From positions 2,549,038 through 2,613,037 of the forward strand of contig MU004232.1 of NCBI GenBank assembly GCA_010405405.1: DNA of 64,000 bases, written 5' to 3'. Below are positions 23,106-36,485 of the stretch, one piece after another. The stretch comes from Microthyrium microscopicum. Lineage: Eukaryota. Made by a program: the position numbers and the translations under genes. Position 1 is the stretch's first letter. Each line of letters starts with the position of its first letter. Below the pieces are notes generated by a model. The model saw only the letters and a list, made by a program, of their open reading frames with translations. It was not told the DNA's origin and ran no database searches.

Positions 23106-26100
23106 TAAACCTATAAGAAGCGTATAATTAGCAAAAAAAGTAAGAATTAAGCTAGATTTAAGATAGGATTTAGAAGCTAGAAACCTAGTAGGCAAATCTA
23201 AACCTACTACTAGTAGTATACTACGTTATTTAACTATCCTTAGTAGTAATTAATCTAGGATAGCTACTACTAAACAATATTAACTATATACCTTTTATAG
23301 GGCTATAATAGATAACGGTTAGAGGCATACTAATTCTAGAAGCTAATATCTTTAAGAAGTATAACGTACTAATTAATACTAGTAGTAGCGTACTTAGAAT
23401 CGTCTATACTTACTTTATTAAACAGTATAATATACTAAAAATATAACTTAACTAACTATACTTAGTAGAGCTCATAAATAGGAAGACTATCGTTAAAATT
23501 AATAAAGCTACACTAGTTACTATATATATTAGAAGTTATATTAAATAAATATACTATTTCGTAATAGAAGTAGCTACTTATAATCTTATTCTTAGTAACC
23601 CTTAGATCTAGCTTTATAAAGTGTACTTAAGAGGAAGTAAGAAGATTATTATATTCAACTCTTATTATTACCTTTATAATTATATTCTAATACGTCGTCC
23701 TATTAAAGTTAATACTTAGGAACGATATAACTTTATTGTAAAACCTCTAGAAAATGAAGAAGTAGTAGTAGTATCTATACGTATTATAGTAATACTTACT
23801 AAGCGTAAAGGTTAGATAGTAGAAGTTCTCTATCCTAAGGACTTTACTAAGCCTAAAGATAAGAAGCTACTAGATGGCCCTCTACTAAAGAACCCTTTAA
23901 TAGAGGAAGAGAAGCCATTTAACTTCTTAGGAATATTAGACCTAATCTTCTTTATAGACAACGTAGCGATTAACCTATCTACTATCTTAGAATACGATTT
24001 TAAGAAGTAGTAAGAAAAATATAAGCATTCTTATCTTACTTATAAAGAACTTTGTAAGATAATTCTAAAGGAATTTTATTACTATTTTAAAGTCTTTAAC
24101 CTATAGAAAGTAGATAAATTACTATCTTACTACCTAGGTTTTAATTATTCTATTAATCTTATACTAGACGCTACTATACTAAAATGATATAGTACTAGCA
24201 TAAACCTAAAATAGAATATTATTATTAAATAGTATCTAGAAGGTCTATTAAGGAAAGGCTTTATACGCCTTTCTAAATTATACTTTATAGCACTAATATT
24301 ATATATATATAAACTAAGTAAAGGCATTTAAGTCTATATTAATTATTAAGGTCTTAATAAAATCTCTTATAAAAATAAGAACATACTACTACTGCTTCCT
24401 AATACTTTAGTAAAGCTATATTAAGCATAGTACTATAGCAAATTTAACATTATTATAGCTTATAAGTAGATATAGATTAAACCTAGGGATAAATATAAAA
24501 TAGCCTTCTCTATATAATATAGTCTCTATAAGTTTATTATTATACTATTTAGATTAACTAGCGCTCTTAGCACCTTTTAAATATATGTTAACTATATCTT
24601 AATAAAGTATCTTAACAACTTTACTATAGTCTATATAGATAACATCCTTATTTTTAGTAAAATATATAAGGAATATATAACTTATATATACTTAGTACTT
24701 AATAAGCTAGAGAAAGCTAGCCTATATCTTAATATCCATAAATTAGAATTTGCTACTATAAAAGTAAAATATCTAGGGTTAATTATTACTATAGAAGGTA
24801 TTAAAATAGATCTTATAAAGGTGAAATTAGTATTAGAATAGGAACGACCATTATGCGTTAAAGACGTTTAAGCTTTCCTTAGTTTTGCTAACTTTTATTG
24901 CTATTTTATACGAGGATACTTAGAGATTACTGTACCCCTTATAGCCCTAATAAAGAAAGACGTAGTTACTATATTCCTATAGGATGTTAGAGGACTAGAA
25001 GATTAGGCATTTAATAAACTAAAGAAGGTATTTACTATAGCACCTATCTTAAAGTATTTTAATTATACTAAGGAGACCTAGCTTAAGACTAATGCGTCTA
25101 ATTAAGTGTACGCTAGAGTATTATCTTAAAAAGATAATAATAGAGATCTATATCCTATAGCGTTCCTTTTAAAAAAGATGTTACTAGCGAAATATAATTA
25201 TAATATCTATAATAAAGAACTTCTTACAATTATATACGCTTTTAAAGAATAGGAACTAGAGCTATTCTCTACTAACGATCTTATTAAAGTATTCTTAGAT
25301 TATTAAAATCTATAGACGTTTATAACTACTAAGAAGCTTTTACGCTATTAAGCACGCTAGGTAGAGTTTTTATTGTAATTCTACTTTAAGATTATATATT
25401 GTCCTAGACTAGCTAATAGGAAGGCAGACGTGCTAACTTAGCATTCTTAAGACTTACCCTAGAGTAATAATAATCTACGTATCTAGTACTAGGTATGCCC
25501 TTTACTTTTCCTTTACTAGTTCGATACTATGCATATAATTAAAATAGCATGCCTACTAGTTAAATCTATTACGTTATCTCTTATATAAATTACTACTATT
25601 ATTATAAATAAGTTAGATTTTCTTATTAAAGTAGGAGAGTCGTTAGAGGACCCTATAATAGCGAACCTTAGTAATAAGGACTAGCCTAGGAATGCGCCTA
25701 AGGGTAACTTCTTAGAGTTTAATAAATCCCTAGACTTTAACGTTAATTAGTTTCTAATAGAAATAATAGAAGTAGGTAAAGATAATGCGTTACTAAATAC
25801 TATTTATTATACTAAGCAAGAAGGATTATTATACTTCCCTTTTAGTATCCTAGAACGACAAGATATTAAGCTTAGTAACTATATAATCTTAGTAGAAGGC
25901 TTAGTTCTTTACTACTAACGTATTCTAATACCTAAGGGTAAGCTTTATTATTATGCTATAATATATACCTACTATTATAAAGTTATAGGTTATAAAGGCT
26001 TAGTAACTACTTATTACTAACTCTAGTAAGATTACTAGTAGCTATATATATTATAAGATATAAAGAAGTATATCTTAAGATATAAATATATCTTTACTAA

Positions 26101-27558
26101 ACCTATCCGCTAGAAGAAGTAAGGACTTCTTTAATTATTCTCTTTACTAGAGTAAGCGTAGTTAAATATCTTAATTAACTTTACTATCTCTTTACCTTAG
26201 TGTACCTATTTAGGTATTACTTTTCGTTATATTATAGTCGTTGTAGACTAATATACTTACTAATAGCGCTTTATTTCTTTACCTAATCTCTTTATAGAGA
26301 TAATAGTTCTTACGTTTATTAATTAAGTCTAAAAGCTAACTAGATAGCTAAATACAATCCTATTAGATAGAGGGTTATAGTTTACTTTAGCGTTCTAAAA
26401 ATAATTATATAATTAAGTAGATATAGTGCTATAGCTAAGTACTATATAGTATCTATAGACTAATAAGATTATAAAGATCTTAATATTAGTACTTAAGTAA
26501 TATCTTTACGTTTTTATTAACTAGGATTAGGATAATTAGGTCTAGCTACTACCATTTATAGAATTTGCTATTAACTCTACTATTAGTATAATAATAGGCT
26601 TCGCTCCCTTTAAGATCTAATATAGCTTCCTCTCTAAATCTAGACTTAAATTAGCTTACTAAGTACTAGTACTATACTAATACTCTTCCTCTTTAGCTTA
26701 ATAAAAACAGAAAAATGCTAACAAGATATAGAAAGGCCGTAAAGATATATATAATTATCTTATAAAATAGCTAACGTAGGCATAAGCATAATAGGCTAAA
26801 TAAGCTAATAAGTACTAATATATAGCACTAAATCTTTAACTTAGAGACTAGGTATATCTAAATATTTAAAACTACTATATAATACACGCGTCTAAAACCC
26901 TTAATAGTAAAAACGTAGAGCCTTTCCGTATCCTAAAGAAGCTTAACGTTATTATATTTAAACTTAACCTACTAAAGTATATAAAGATGCATTCTATATT
27001 TTACGTTTAGCTACTATATACTATCCTAAACGATATAGAGCTTCTACGTTAATACAACTCTTTACTAGTAGTAATAGGTAAAGCGCTAGAAGAAAAAGAA
27101 TAGTAAGTTAATAAAATCCTTAATAGCTATTATAAAAAAGGCACTTATAAGAAGTTGGAATACCTTATAAAATAGATAGGCTACAATATGCTATTATAGT
27201 AACTATAGGAAGACCTTAAGAATATAGCGAACCTAATCTATAACTTCTATAAACGTAATCCTACGAAGCTTAGCCCTAACCCTAAGTAGTCGCCACCTAT
27301 TATTAGACCCAATACATCTAACTCTACTAACTATAATAGCAATAGATTACTAGACGACTAGTTAGAGTAATAGAAAAGTATTTATTTATTTATTTACATT
27401 GCGCTGCTATTAGCGCCTTATTAGCATTATAAACTAGAGTATTCTAAGGATATCTAGGTTCGTTAATACCTAGATAGTTGCCTTAGTAGGCTAAAGGATA
27501 GCAGAATAGCGAAAGAGCATAAATAGTATTTTGTTAGATATAAAGCAAATTAGATTGG

Positions 27559-27608
27559 ACTAGACTAGACTAGACTAGACTAGCCTAGCCTAGCCTAGAA
27601 TAGAATAG
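27559..27608 (+). repeat. Pentamer microsatellite (actag/cctag/aatag)n in the 3' UTR of the chromovirus
   Basis: gactagactagactagactagactagcctagcctagcctagaatagaatag. Confidence 0.85.
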
Positions 27609-28699
27609 TATAAATTAGAACGTAGCTTAGAGCGCTAGTTTTAGAGAGGGGAGTAATGTAAGGATTCCTTGCTAAAGTATAATAGCTTTAGTGTTAAGCT
27701 AGATCTTTAATAAAGATCTAGCGGCGCTAGTCCTAATCAGGGCTAGCGTCTCTAAGGATTTACTAAGCATTACTCTCTTTTTCCCTTAGCGTAGATTCTA
27801 CTCTACCTCTCTCTCTTCCTTCGTACGCTAGATCGTTGAATATTATCTACCCTTTGCTTAATTATATACCTATTAGATCCTTACATATTAACGCTATTAA
27901 AGCCTATCTAGCTATCTTAAAGTAAAGTATAGAAATTAAAGTTAAACCTAGTTAAAAGATCTTATTATATATAAGTATTTACGTCCTTATAAGTAATATA
28001 TTATAATAATATTAAAACTTAGGATTTTAGTATATAAGTAGTACTAAAGTATATTACTTTTATAATATTACTACTTAAGAACGTAAAGACTTAGGTTTTA
28101 ACGTTATTTACTAAGGCTACTATTATTATAAGCTAGAGTAAATATATAACTTTATAAAGCATCTAAAACCTACTACGTAAGAGGCTTATTTAATAGCTAT
28201 AAGGCTTACTTTACTATAATAAGTTATAATTCTATATCTTATTCTAGTACTAAACTTAATATTCTCTTAGCCTTCTAACCCTATATATTTTAAGCTTAAT
28301 AAGATTATTAATCTAGTATATTTATTATTCCTTAATAATATATTATTAGAATCTAGTAAACTAATATATAGTAAAGCCTTATAATTATTTTTATCTTCTT
28401 CTAGATAGAAGTATATCTAGAATCCTATTTATTATCTAGAAAGCTATACTCTATAAAAATATAGCTATTAGTTTATTATCTTCCTAGCTATATATTATTT
28501 ATAGCTTTATACAAAATATCTAAACTAGTTCTTCTAGTTAACTATTATCTTAGAGTTCTTAGATTTAGTTTAAGATTAGATTAATCTATTATATTTAATA
28601 AAAAATAATAAGCTAGTAAAGGCTATTCTTACTTATATCTTTTTAATACTAGCTAAATTAATTATACTCTATTTTACTAACTATATAACTATAGCTAAT

Positions 28700-31600
28700 T
28701 AATAAACCTTTAATAAGACTACCCTTAAAGCTTATAAGTACTAGTAGAAGCTATATAAAGTAGCTACTTATATATATATAGTTAACCTACGTAGTTATAG
28801 CTACGCTAGTAGTTAAGTAAATAGTTAAATAAGTAATTAAGTAAGTTCTATTACTCCTAGTACTTCTACTATAAGTACTATAATTCTAGAATCTATAGGA
28901 CTACTTACTCTAGCTATAATAAGACTACCTATACCTATAGACTTACCTATAGTTAAGCCTAATTCTACTAAAGCGGCTAAATATTATAAAAACATAACCT
29001 ACCTAAATTACTATATTAGCCTTTATATAGAGACTATTAATAAGCAATTTATAAACCTAAAGAATATTAACGCCTTTATTAGTAAACGTAAGCATTATAA
29101 TAACAAAATAGATATTTATCTAACTAATTACTATAACCCTAACTATAATCTTCTTAGTCGTTTTATTAAGAAATAGTTCTTTTAGTTACTATTATATAGT
29201 ACTATAGAAGATATTACTCCTAATATTACTAAAATAATATAGAATCTCTATTAAGATAAGCTAATCTTATTTAAGTAACTATTACCTTAATCTAAGTAGT
29301 AAGCCTACCTTAATTCTATTAAGGAAGAAGAAGATTTTAAAGATATTACTATTATAATGAATAATAACTATTATATAATTAAAGTATTATAATATCTAAA
29401 GCAAGAGATTATTAAAAAGGATTATAAACTACCTAATTACACTAAGTCTATAAATATATACTAGACTACTTTTAAGATAATTATAGTTAACGTATATAAC
29501 TAAGATTATAATAAGTAATTTACTTATTTTAAACCTTTAAAGAATCTTTACTAGAGCAAGTTAGTTATATTTACTAATTTAAAGATAAAGAAATATTTAA
29601 CTTATAAATAAGAAGCTAGTATATAATATTATAGTACCTAATTTAGTATTATTTAGCTTACCTTACGTTATAAGCTTTCTACTAACTATAAGCATATCTT
29701 CCTCTAGGTTAAGAAGCTAGATAATTCTAACAAGAAAGACCTTATTATAAGTTATCCTATTCTTTATTAAGTCTTTAATAAATAAGGTTAACTATAGTAC
29801 AAGCTTATTAGCCTTCCTAAAATTGCTCTAATTACTTACTATATTCTTCTATTTAAGACTAAAAGTAGATATATAAAGTTATTAACTAAAGACGTTAAAA
29901 CTAAGAGATATTTATACTTTAACTAGGATTTTAGCTATATATAGGCCTATATATATACTTATTTTACTTTTATTTAATACCTATATTATAACGTCTAGTC
30001 TCTTAAGCCTAGCGTCTAGTTAGAAACTATATTATTATTATTCTATTAATATTATGTCTTACTATATCTAGTAAAACTTAATACTAAAAAGTTATCTTTT
30101 TATATATTACTACCTATTAGTATATATTATACTTCCTATTTAACTATTACTAGATAATAAAATTAATATTTATATTATTAAATCTTTACTTAACTACTAT
30201 AAAATAAAATAAATATATTTAATACTTTAGTAAGCTATAAGATAAAGTTAAAGTCCTAACTACTACGTTTTATATTATATCTTCTACTTTTAAGTATAGT
30301 AAACTATACTTTTACGCTAATTCTTCTAACTTTATCCTATCTCTTTTCTTTATCTTCTCTATCTATTTTTATTATCTATCTATCTTTTATTTTAATCTAA
30401 ATTTCTTATTTATACGTTATATTATACCTAGTAATAGTTATTACCTATACTACTTATTATTACCTTTAGCTACTATGCTATATACTAAAAGATACTTTAG
30501 TTTTATAGGTTTATTATTAACTAACTATTAGAAATTATAAGATTTCTTATATATCTATTTACTCTAATATTAACTAATAATAATAGATATTACTAATAGT
30601 AAGTTAATAGCTATACTTATAAAATCTACTAATATCCTATATAAACTATATCTATATAATATAAGTATAGTATTATTTATAGTTAATATTTATTAAATTA
30701 GAAACAATACGTATATATATATACTACTACTATAGTATAAGTAAGCTAAAGCTAACTAATAAAAGCGTATATTACTTAGCTTTATTATTATCTTTCTCCT
30801 TACTACTTATATTTAACTTATTTCTTTAGCTAAATTCTAGTTTTAGTATATATATTTTAGAGCAGATAGTAGTTATCTATCTTTAAGTAAGTATATAATT
30901 ATTACTATAGAATATCTAAATATAATAGCTAATATAATAACCTTTACGTATATAAGATAAATAATACTAGTAAAGAGATTAAAAATTTAGTAAGCTATAG
31001 AAAGCTACTAGTTATTATCTAATATCTAGCTAATACTCCTATATATAGTCTACCTACAAATTAATATCTCTATTTTAAATTTAAGCTATTACATAGTAAC
31101 GTTACATTCTAAAAGGCTACTAATAAGCTATAAGAAAGTCCCTTTAAGCCTTATTACTCTCTACTAATTATATTTAAGTTTAGAACTTAAGTTTATAGCT
31201 ATTTATTACTACTCTAAATGTTTACTTTCTATAACTAGTAATATTTACTAATAGATAATCTAAATACTATTAATATTCAAATCTACTAATAAGGCTATTA
31301 CTAAATAACTATTTACTACTAGTTTTATACTATCTATTACTTATTACTCCTTTAGATTCTATTACTATTACTAATAATTTAGTAGTTATTTAAATCCAAA
31401 ATCGCTATTATATACCTATCTATACTATTAGCTATATAGTAATATACTATATAGATTATAACGTTATTATCCTAAAGATATAAAACTTTATTACTATTAA
31501 TAATATTAAAAGCTAACTATTAATATAGTAAACTTAATAGGATCTTCTTTATTATAGAATCTAGTAATAGTTAGCTTTATCTAGCTCTTATGCTAACTAT

Positions 31601-33200
31601 TATATAGATCTTATCCTAATACTCTTATTATATCTATAAGTAACTTATCTTAATAGCTTACTTATATTACTTTACTCTTATCTTAAATCTTTAATATATC
31701 TTACTAATATAGATATAGTGTAGTTACTTAGTAGTATTACTTATTACTCTCCTAGCTAATAGTTCTATATATAGGCTAAACTTCTATCTAAATACATTAA
31801 ACAATATAGTAAGTTACTTAAATATCTCTCCTACACGTTCCTAGTACTAACATCTAGGCTTACCTAGTAGCAAAGGAAGTTCCTAGCTCTACTACTTAAA
31901 AGAAAGTACTAATTCCTCTTATATTAACTATAACTAACTATAAATAGCTAGAACTTACCTATAGATAATCTATTTATACTAAAAGTATTTATATAAGACT
32001 CTTTTATTCTTATTATACCTTTATACTATATAACTAACATACTTTAGTATATTAAATACCTCCTACTAGCATCTATTTCTAACTATACTATTAAGAGCTA
32101 CTATTTACCCTAAAATAGTCTAAAAGCTTTTAAACTTTATTAGTCTATATATATAGACTATCTAAAGTACATTCTCCTAGTCTTATATTCTTATTACTTA
32201 ACGCTACTAAGAAATATAATCTTTACTACCCTTATAAAATCCTATTTTATTACTAACTAATATCTTAATAGCGTCTCTTTAGAACTATATTAAAAATATA
32301 TCTTTATAATTAGTCTAGTTTTATAAATAACCTTCTACTATTTATTAATATTTATTATTTATAACTTATGCTTCTATTTTTGCCTCTATTAATACTATCT
32401 TTATCGTAACTTCTCTAAACCCTTAGAGAGGAAGCCCTAAAATTACCTTCCTCTATTCAAAAATTATTCTCTTACTTTCCTTTTAATTTATTAATAATTA
32501 ATATAAGCTTAACGCATACTAAGACGTAAGAGAACGTTAAATCTTAAGTAGAATTCCTTAGCTTTAAGTAGTAATATACATAAATCTTTTACTACCCTTT
32601 TACTAATACTTAGTAATAACGAATTAACTCTTAGAGTTACTAATTACGAAACTAAAAGGTTTAAAAGATAAAGAGAAGAAGTTCTTAAAGATTATAATAT
32701 TAGAAGGCACTCTATATAGTATTAAAGAAGTAATAAATAATAAGAGTAAATACTACTATAATATATATATTAATATATATTAGTATATAAGGTATATATA
32801 TAAATAGTTATTAGCTATATACTTTATATATAGATACTATAGAATTAAAGTTCTTATTTATAATAATTAAAGTATTTATTATAAGTAGCTATAGAAGTAG
32901 CTAAGTATAAAGCGTAGTAGTAGAGTATAAATAAATATTATAAGTACTAATTAGAATAATTTTAGTAGTAGTAATAAGTAGTAACGCGCGCTAATACGTA
33001 ACTAAGCTGCCCTAAGAGAGCTAATAAGCATTTCTAAAGAATAAAAGCTTAAAAACGTTTTAGAAGCTAAAAACGCTTATTTTTATAGAACGCTTATATT
33101 CTAGAACGCTTAGGGGCTAGAAACGCTTTAATAACGTAACGCTTTCTACTAATTACGATATTAAAACTACTATTATAGAGGAAGCGTTTAGTTACGTAAA
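28700..33200. mobile_element. Unresolved RIP-mutated relics (gag-like frame ~28690-29300, other TE or gene fragments)
   Basis: RIP composition with codon-like stretches. No LTR pair or TSD recovered. Confidence 0.35.
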
Positions 33201-33967
33201 CTATTCCATAATGCTACCAGAACCGCTCTAGATACCCTGGTACGCCCGCTAATGCTAGATGGCCACTGATTCTGCCTTGAACATGCCTTGCACTCGTAAA
33301 CTACTCGCTTCTATTTCAAGCGCATCGTGGCCACCTATAACGCGTCGAATGGAGATGGCTTTCTGGCGCGATGCTCCTAGCTGCATTGAGTTCTATGTCG
33401 CGCTCATCTAAATGGCAATTTTTTGCGAGTACGGAATGCCAACCTCAACCTCGTGTCGATCAGTTGACCTGGTAAGGAAGCACGCAGGCACTGCTGTTAA
33501 GAATAGCAGTGCTTTGAGTCCACCAAGCATGATTCCCACCAGTCTCTACTTTGGATTTGGTCCATTGCAATCCGGAAATGCTTACTTATCGGACTTGTCC
33601 AATCTGCTCAACATGGCTTTTTCAATATGCCAGCCATGTCACTAAAGCCAAGAAGTGGCTAGTTTCATTATGGATGGCCGAGTCGCTGAACACGAGCTAC
33701 CTCTGACAAGGAGTAGAGTAGCGAGCATTTTGATTCCCTTCGCATTCCTGTTCCCGTTCTGTCTGGAATATGCCTTGAGACTCTTGAGACAGGAACTGTC
33801 TATATTAAGAACACAACTCTTGATTATCATGATCAAGCATATAATAATTTTCCACTCGTTCACCCTTCTGTAATCCCAGAATTGTATAATATGCTACTGT
33901 TTACATAGGACTGTTGTCTAGCCTGCAATCATTCCCCTTGTTGACACTGGATAGAGTACTGCTAACC

Positions 33968-35231
33968 ATGACTTACGGTAAGTCTTTAAGAAACACAAAG
34001 CATTTTAGTCTGACTGTGTCCATAGTTGATGGAAGCGTATATTATTACGCTCCGAACAAGGTCGCCCCGGCCATTTTTGCTGTTTTGTTTGCGATATCTG
34101 GAGTCGTTCACTTTATACAGACCTGGTGAGTACCAAGTTACAACAACCTGAACATGACAGAAGCTCATTGTATATAGGCGATATGGCTCGTGGAGAACTA
34201 CGGGATTGATGCCGTGGGCAGCAATACTGTTGACCACTGGATTTGCATTCAGAGAATACGGCGCATTCCACTACAAAAACGTCGATATCCTAATCGTCAA
34301 TTCCGTTCTCATCTTCTCCGGTCCTCCAGTTTACGCACTCATCAACTACATGGTACTTTCTCGCATACTATACTATGCGCCGTATCTATCGCCGCTTCAT
34401 CCAGGACGCGTCCTCACCACATTCTTGGCCGCTGACCTTCTTTGCGAAGTATTGCTCGTCAATGGCGTGCAGCGCGTCGTGAACACGCGATTTAGCGACC
34501 ACCAGAGATCCATTGGGGAGGATCTTGTCAAAGCAGGACTTCTTATGCAAGCCATCTTCTTCATAATCTTCATCATGATTGGAGTGACTTTCCAGTGGAA
34601 AGCCACAAAAGCTGGAGTTCTCAACGTCAAATTACAACGAGTGCTCTATGTTATGTACGTCAGCTCGCTTATAATAACAGCTCGTTGTATCTATCGCATA
34701 GTGGAATACTTCCAAGGCTATACCGGACAACTGTTCACTCATGAAGTCTACTTCTGGGTCTTTGAAGCCTCACTGATGTGGGTCAACACTGCTATGCTCA
34801 ACGTTTTTCATCCAGGACGAAGCCTGCCGCGATCCAACAAGGTTTTTCTAGCCAAAGATGGTGTCACTGAACTTCATGGACCGGGCTGGAAAGATGATCG
34901 AAACGTACTCCTCACGATTTTCGATCCATTTGACATTGGTGGCCTCATTACTGGCCGTGACAAGAAAACCAAGTTCTGGGAACTCTCTCCGCAAGAGCTG
35001 GAGGCCCTAACTGAGAAGGACCGGATTGAAAGAGCAGAGAGATATGCACGTCCACGTCCGGCGTGGCGTAGATTTGTTGACCCGTTTCATCTCTTTGATC
35101 ATACTGGAAAATTTCAACGGATGTTTGACTGGATGGATGGCGAAGAACCACTTACTAAAGCAACAGCTTCCAGCATCTTGCAATCTAACAAACACAAAGA
35201 AGGTCAGAAAGAGGCTTCGCTGAATGTGTAG
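33968..35231 (+). CDS. RTA1-like lipid-translocating exporter family membrane protein (3 exons)
   Basis: ATG 33968; GT-AG introns ~33978-34025 and ~34127-34177. Motifs YYYAPNKVAPAIF, PPVYALINYMVLSRILYYAPYLSPLHPGRV, RCIYRIVEY, HEVYFWVFEA, FHPG. Confidence 0.9.
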
Positions 35232-35975
35232 AATGGGAGTCGGTAGGCGTCGTATTTGATGACAGACGGAAATGCTGCTTCACGCACTGTCATGTTGGAA
35301 TTTGGTATACTCGTCTGCGTTTTTGGTCGAGCAATTTAGCATTCGTTATCAAGGCGATAGGGCCTTGCAAATACCCAATGGAATTGATTTGTATTTGTTC
35401 CATTGCCTAACGGGTCGACAAACTAATTAGCGCACTGCCAGCGAGTGTGGTGTCTAGCACCGCACCTTATAATGATCATACTCTCTGAATTGCATCGTAT
35501 TCAATATTCCACAATTGATTCTTCTACTTCGATGGGAAACAAAGCGGATCATAGCTGAACGTAACGAATGGGAGGCAACGAAGCTAATCAGAGCGCGCTG
35601 GTTATGTTGTCCTTCAGTTGGTTGTCATCCACCGCCCCAATTGGCCGAATGGTATCTGACCCGACTGAGCCGACTCGCCATTTTCCCGCTAATTCAGGAG
35701 TATGTATGTAAGAGAGAAAGACAGATCTCTGTTGCCCGTCTAATAGTTCAAAGGAAGAACAACGGTTTACTAAAGGTATCCTTTCTCGACAATACACCGA
35801 CAATGAGAAAAGTTCTTTGATCGCCAAATCATTGTCTATGGACAAAATTTCCACACTCTTTTATATACCACATAGCCAAATTGTACAGATATAATTCCTC
35901 AACTTCTCACAAGCCTACATTCATTAAATTATCCAGCTTTGACAGCTACCTCGCTCTCTACAATCATTTCTCACT

Positions 35976-36485
35976 ATGTTCGCTCACAAAACCGCATTAG
36001 CTGCAGTTGCAGCTCTCCTATCCAGCCAGGCGTTAGCTATCAACGGCTGGGTACACAACAACTGCCAAAGTCCCATCTACGTTTGGACGGCTGCGGCACC
36101 AGGCTCCATTGGATGTACAGGCTTCTGTTCCTCTCCGCTCGTCCAGGTTGCTCCCGGTCAAGGCTATCAAGCTGCATTCCAGCCACTTCCTGATGGCGAT
36201 GGCGGCGTTACCGTCAAGTTCACAACCTCACCAGATGGCATGGCAACACCCTATCAAGCTGAATTCTCGGAGCGCGCGGGGAAGATCTGGTACAACTGGT
36301 CCGGCCTCAACGGTTCGCCTCTCTTGGGCATGAGACGCTCTATGCAGGTTGGAGATGGCAGTTCATGTGCTCACTCGGTTTGCGACGCTTGGAGCTCTAC
36401 TTGCGACTGGTATAAGGCTCCAGATGGCCAAGAGCTCAACGTCTATGATTGCCCAGCCGGGGATCTCGTTATGGATATCTGCTAG
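35976..36485 (+). CDS. Small secreted cysteine-rich protein, Bys1/thaumatin-like
   Basis: 169 aa with a signal peptide (ALAAVAALLSSQALA) and 8 Cys. VHNNC.PIYVW, GGVTVK and IWYNWSGLNGSP resemble Bys1 family motifs. Confidence 0.8.
   Translation: MFAHKTALAAVAALLSSQALAINGWVHNNCQSPIYVWTAAAPGSIGCTGFCSSPLVQVAPGQGYQAAFQPLPDGDGGVTVKFTTSPDGMATPYQAEFSERAGKIWYNWSGLNGSPLLGMRRSMQVGDGSSCAHSVCDAWSSTCDWYKAPDGQELNVYDCPAGDLVMDIC

Larger units (their letters stand above)
20105..27885 (+). mobile_element. Full-length Ty3/Gypsy chromovirus, RIP-mutated, 7.8 kb
   Basis: 229-bp LTRs at 20105-20333 and 27657-27885, TSD tatta, PPT agagaggggag at 27643-27653. De-RIP motifs in Gypsy order: protease LIDTGSS (~23370), RT YIDDILIFS (~24632), RNase H LETDASD (~25082), integrase HPQTDG (~26450), GPF (~26918), chromodomain EYLVKWIGY (~27158). 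Confidence 0.93.
17100..28700 (+). mobile_element. Decayed LINE (Tad-like), host of two nested LTR insertions
   Basis: Gag-like frame and zinc-knuckle remnant (de-RIP CQLYGH) cut at 18108. APE endonuclease motif IILLQEP at ~19687. RT-start motif YRPIVLL at ~28465. Boundaries approximate. Confidence 0.6.
1..33200. other. AT-rich RIP-mutated heterochromatin-like block of nested transposons (subtelomeric or centromeric)
   Basis: Near absence of CpA/TpG and large TpA excess. TE motifs are recoverable only after reverting C>T/G>A. Sharp transition to balanced GC at ~33,200. Confidence 0.93.

Noticed and set aside
1..33200. Mitochondrial insertion or AT-rich contaminant
   Set aside because: No organellar gene, rRNA or tRNA motifs. 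The dinucleotide bias and recoverable TE domains indicate RIP-mutated nuclear repeats.
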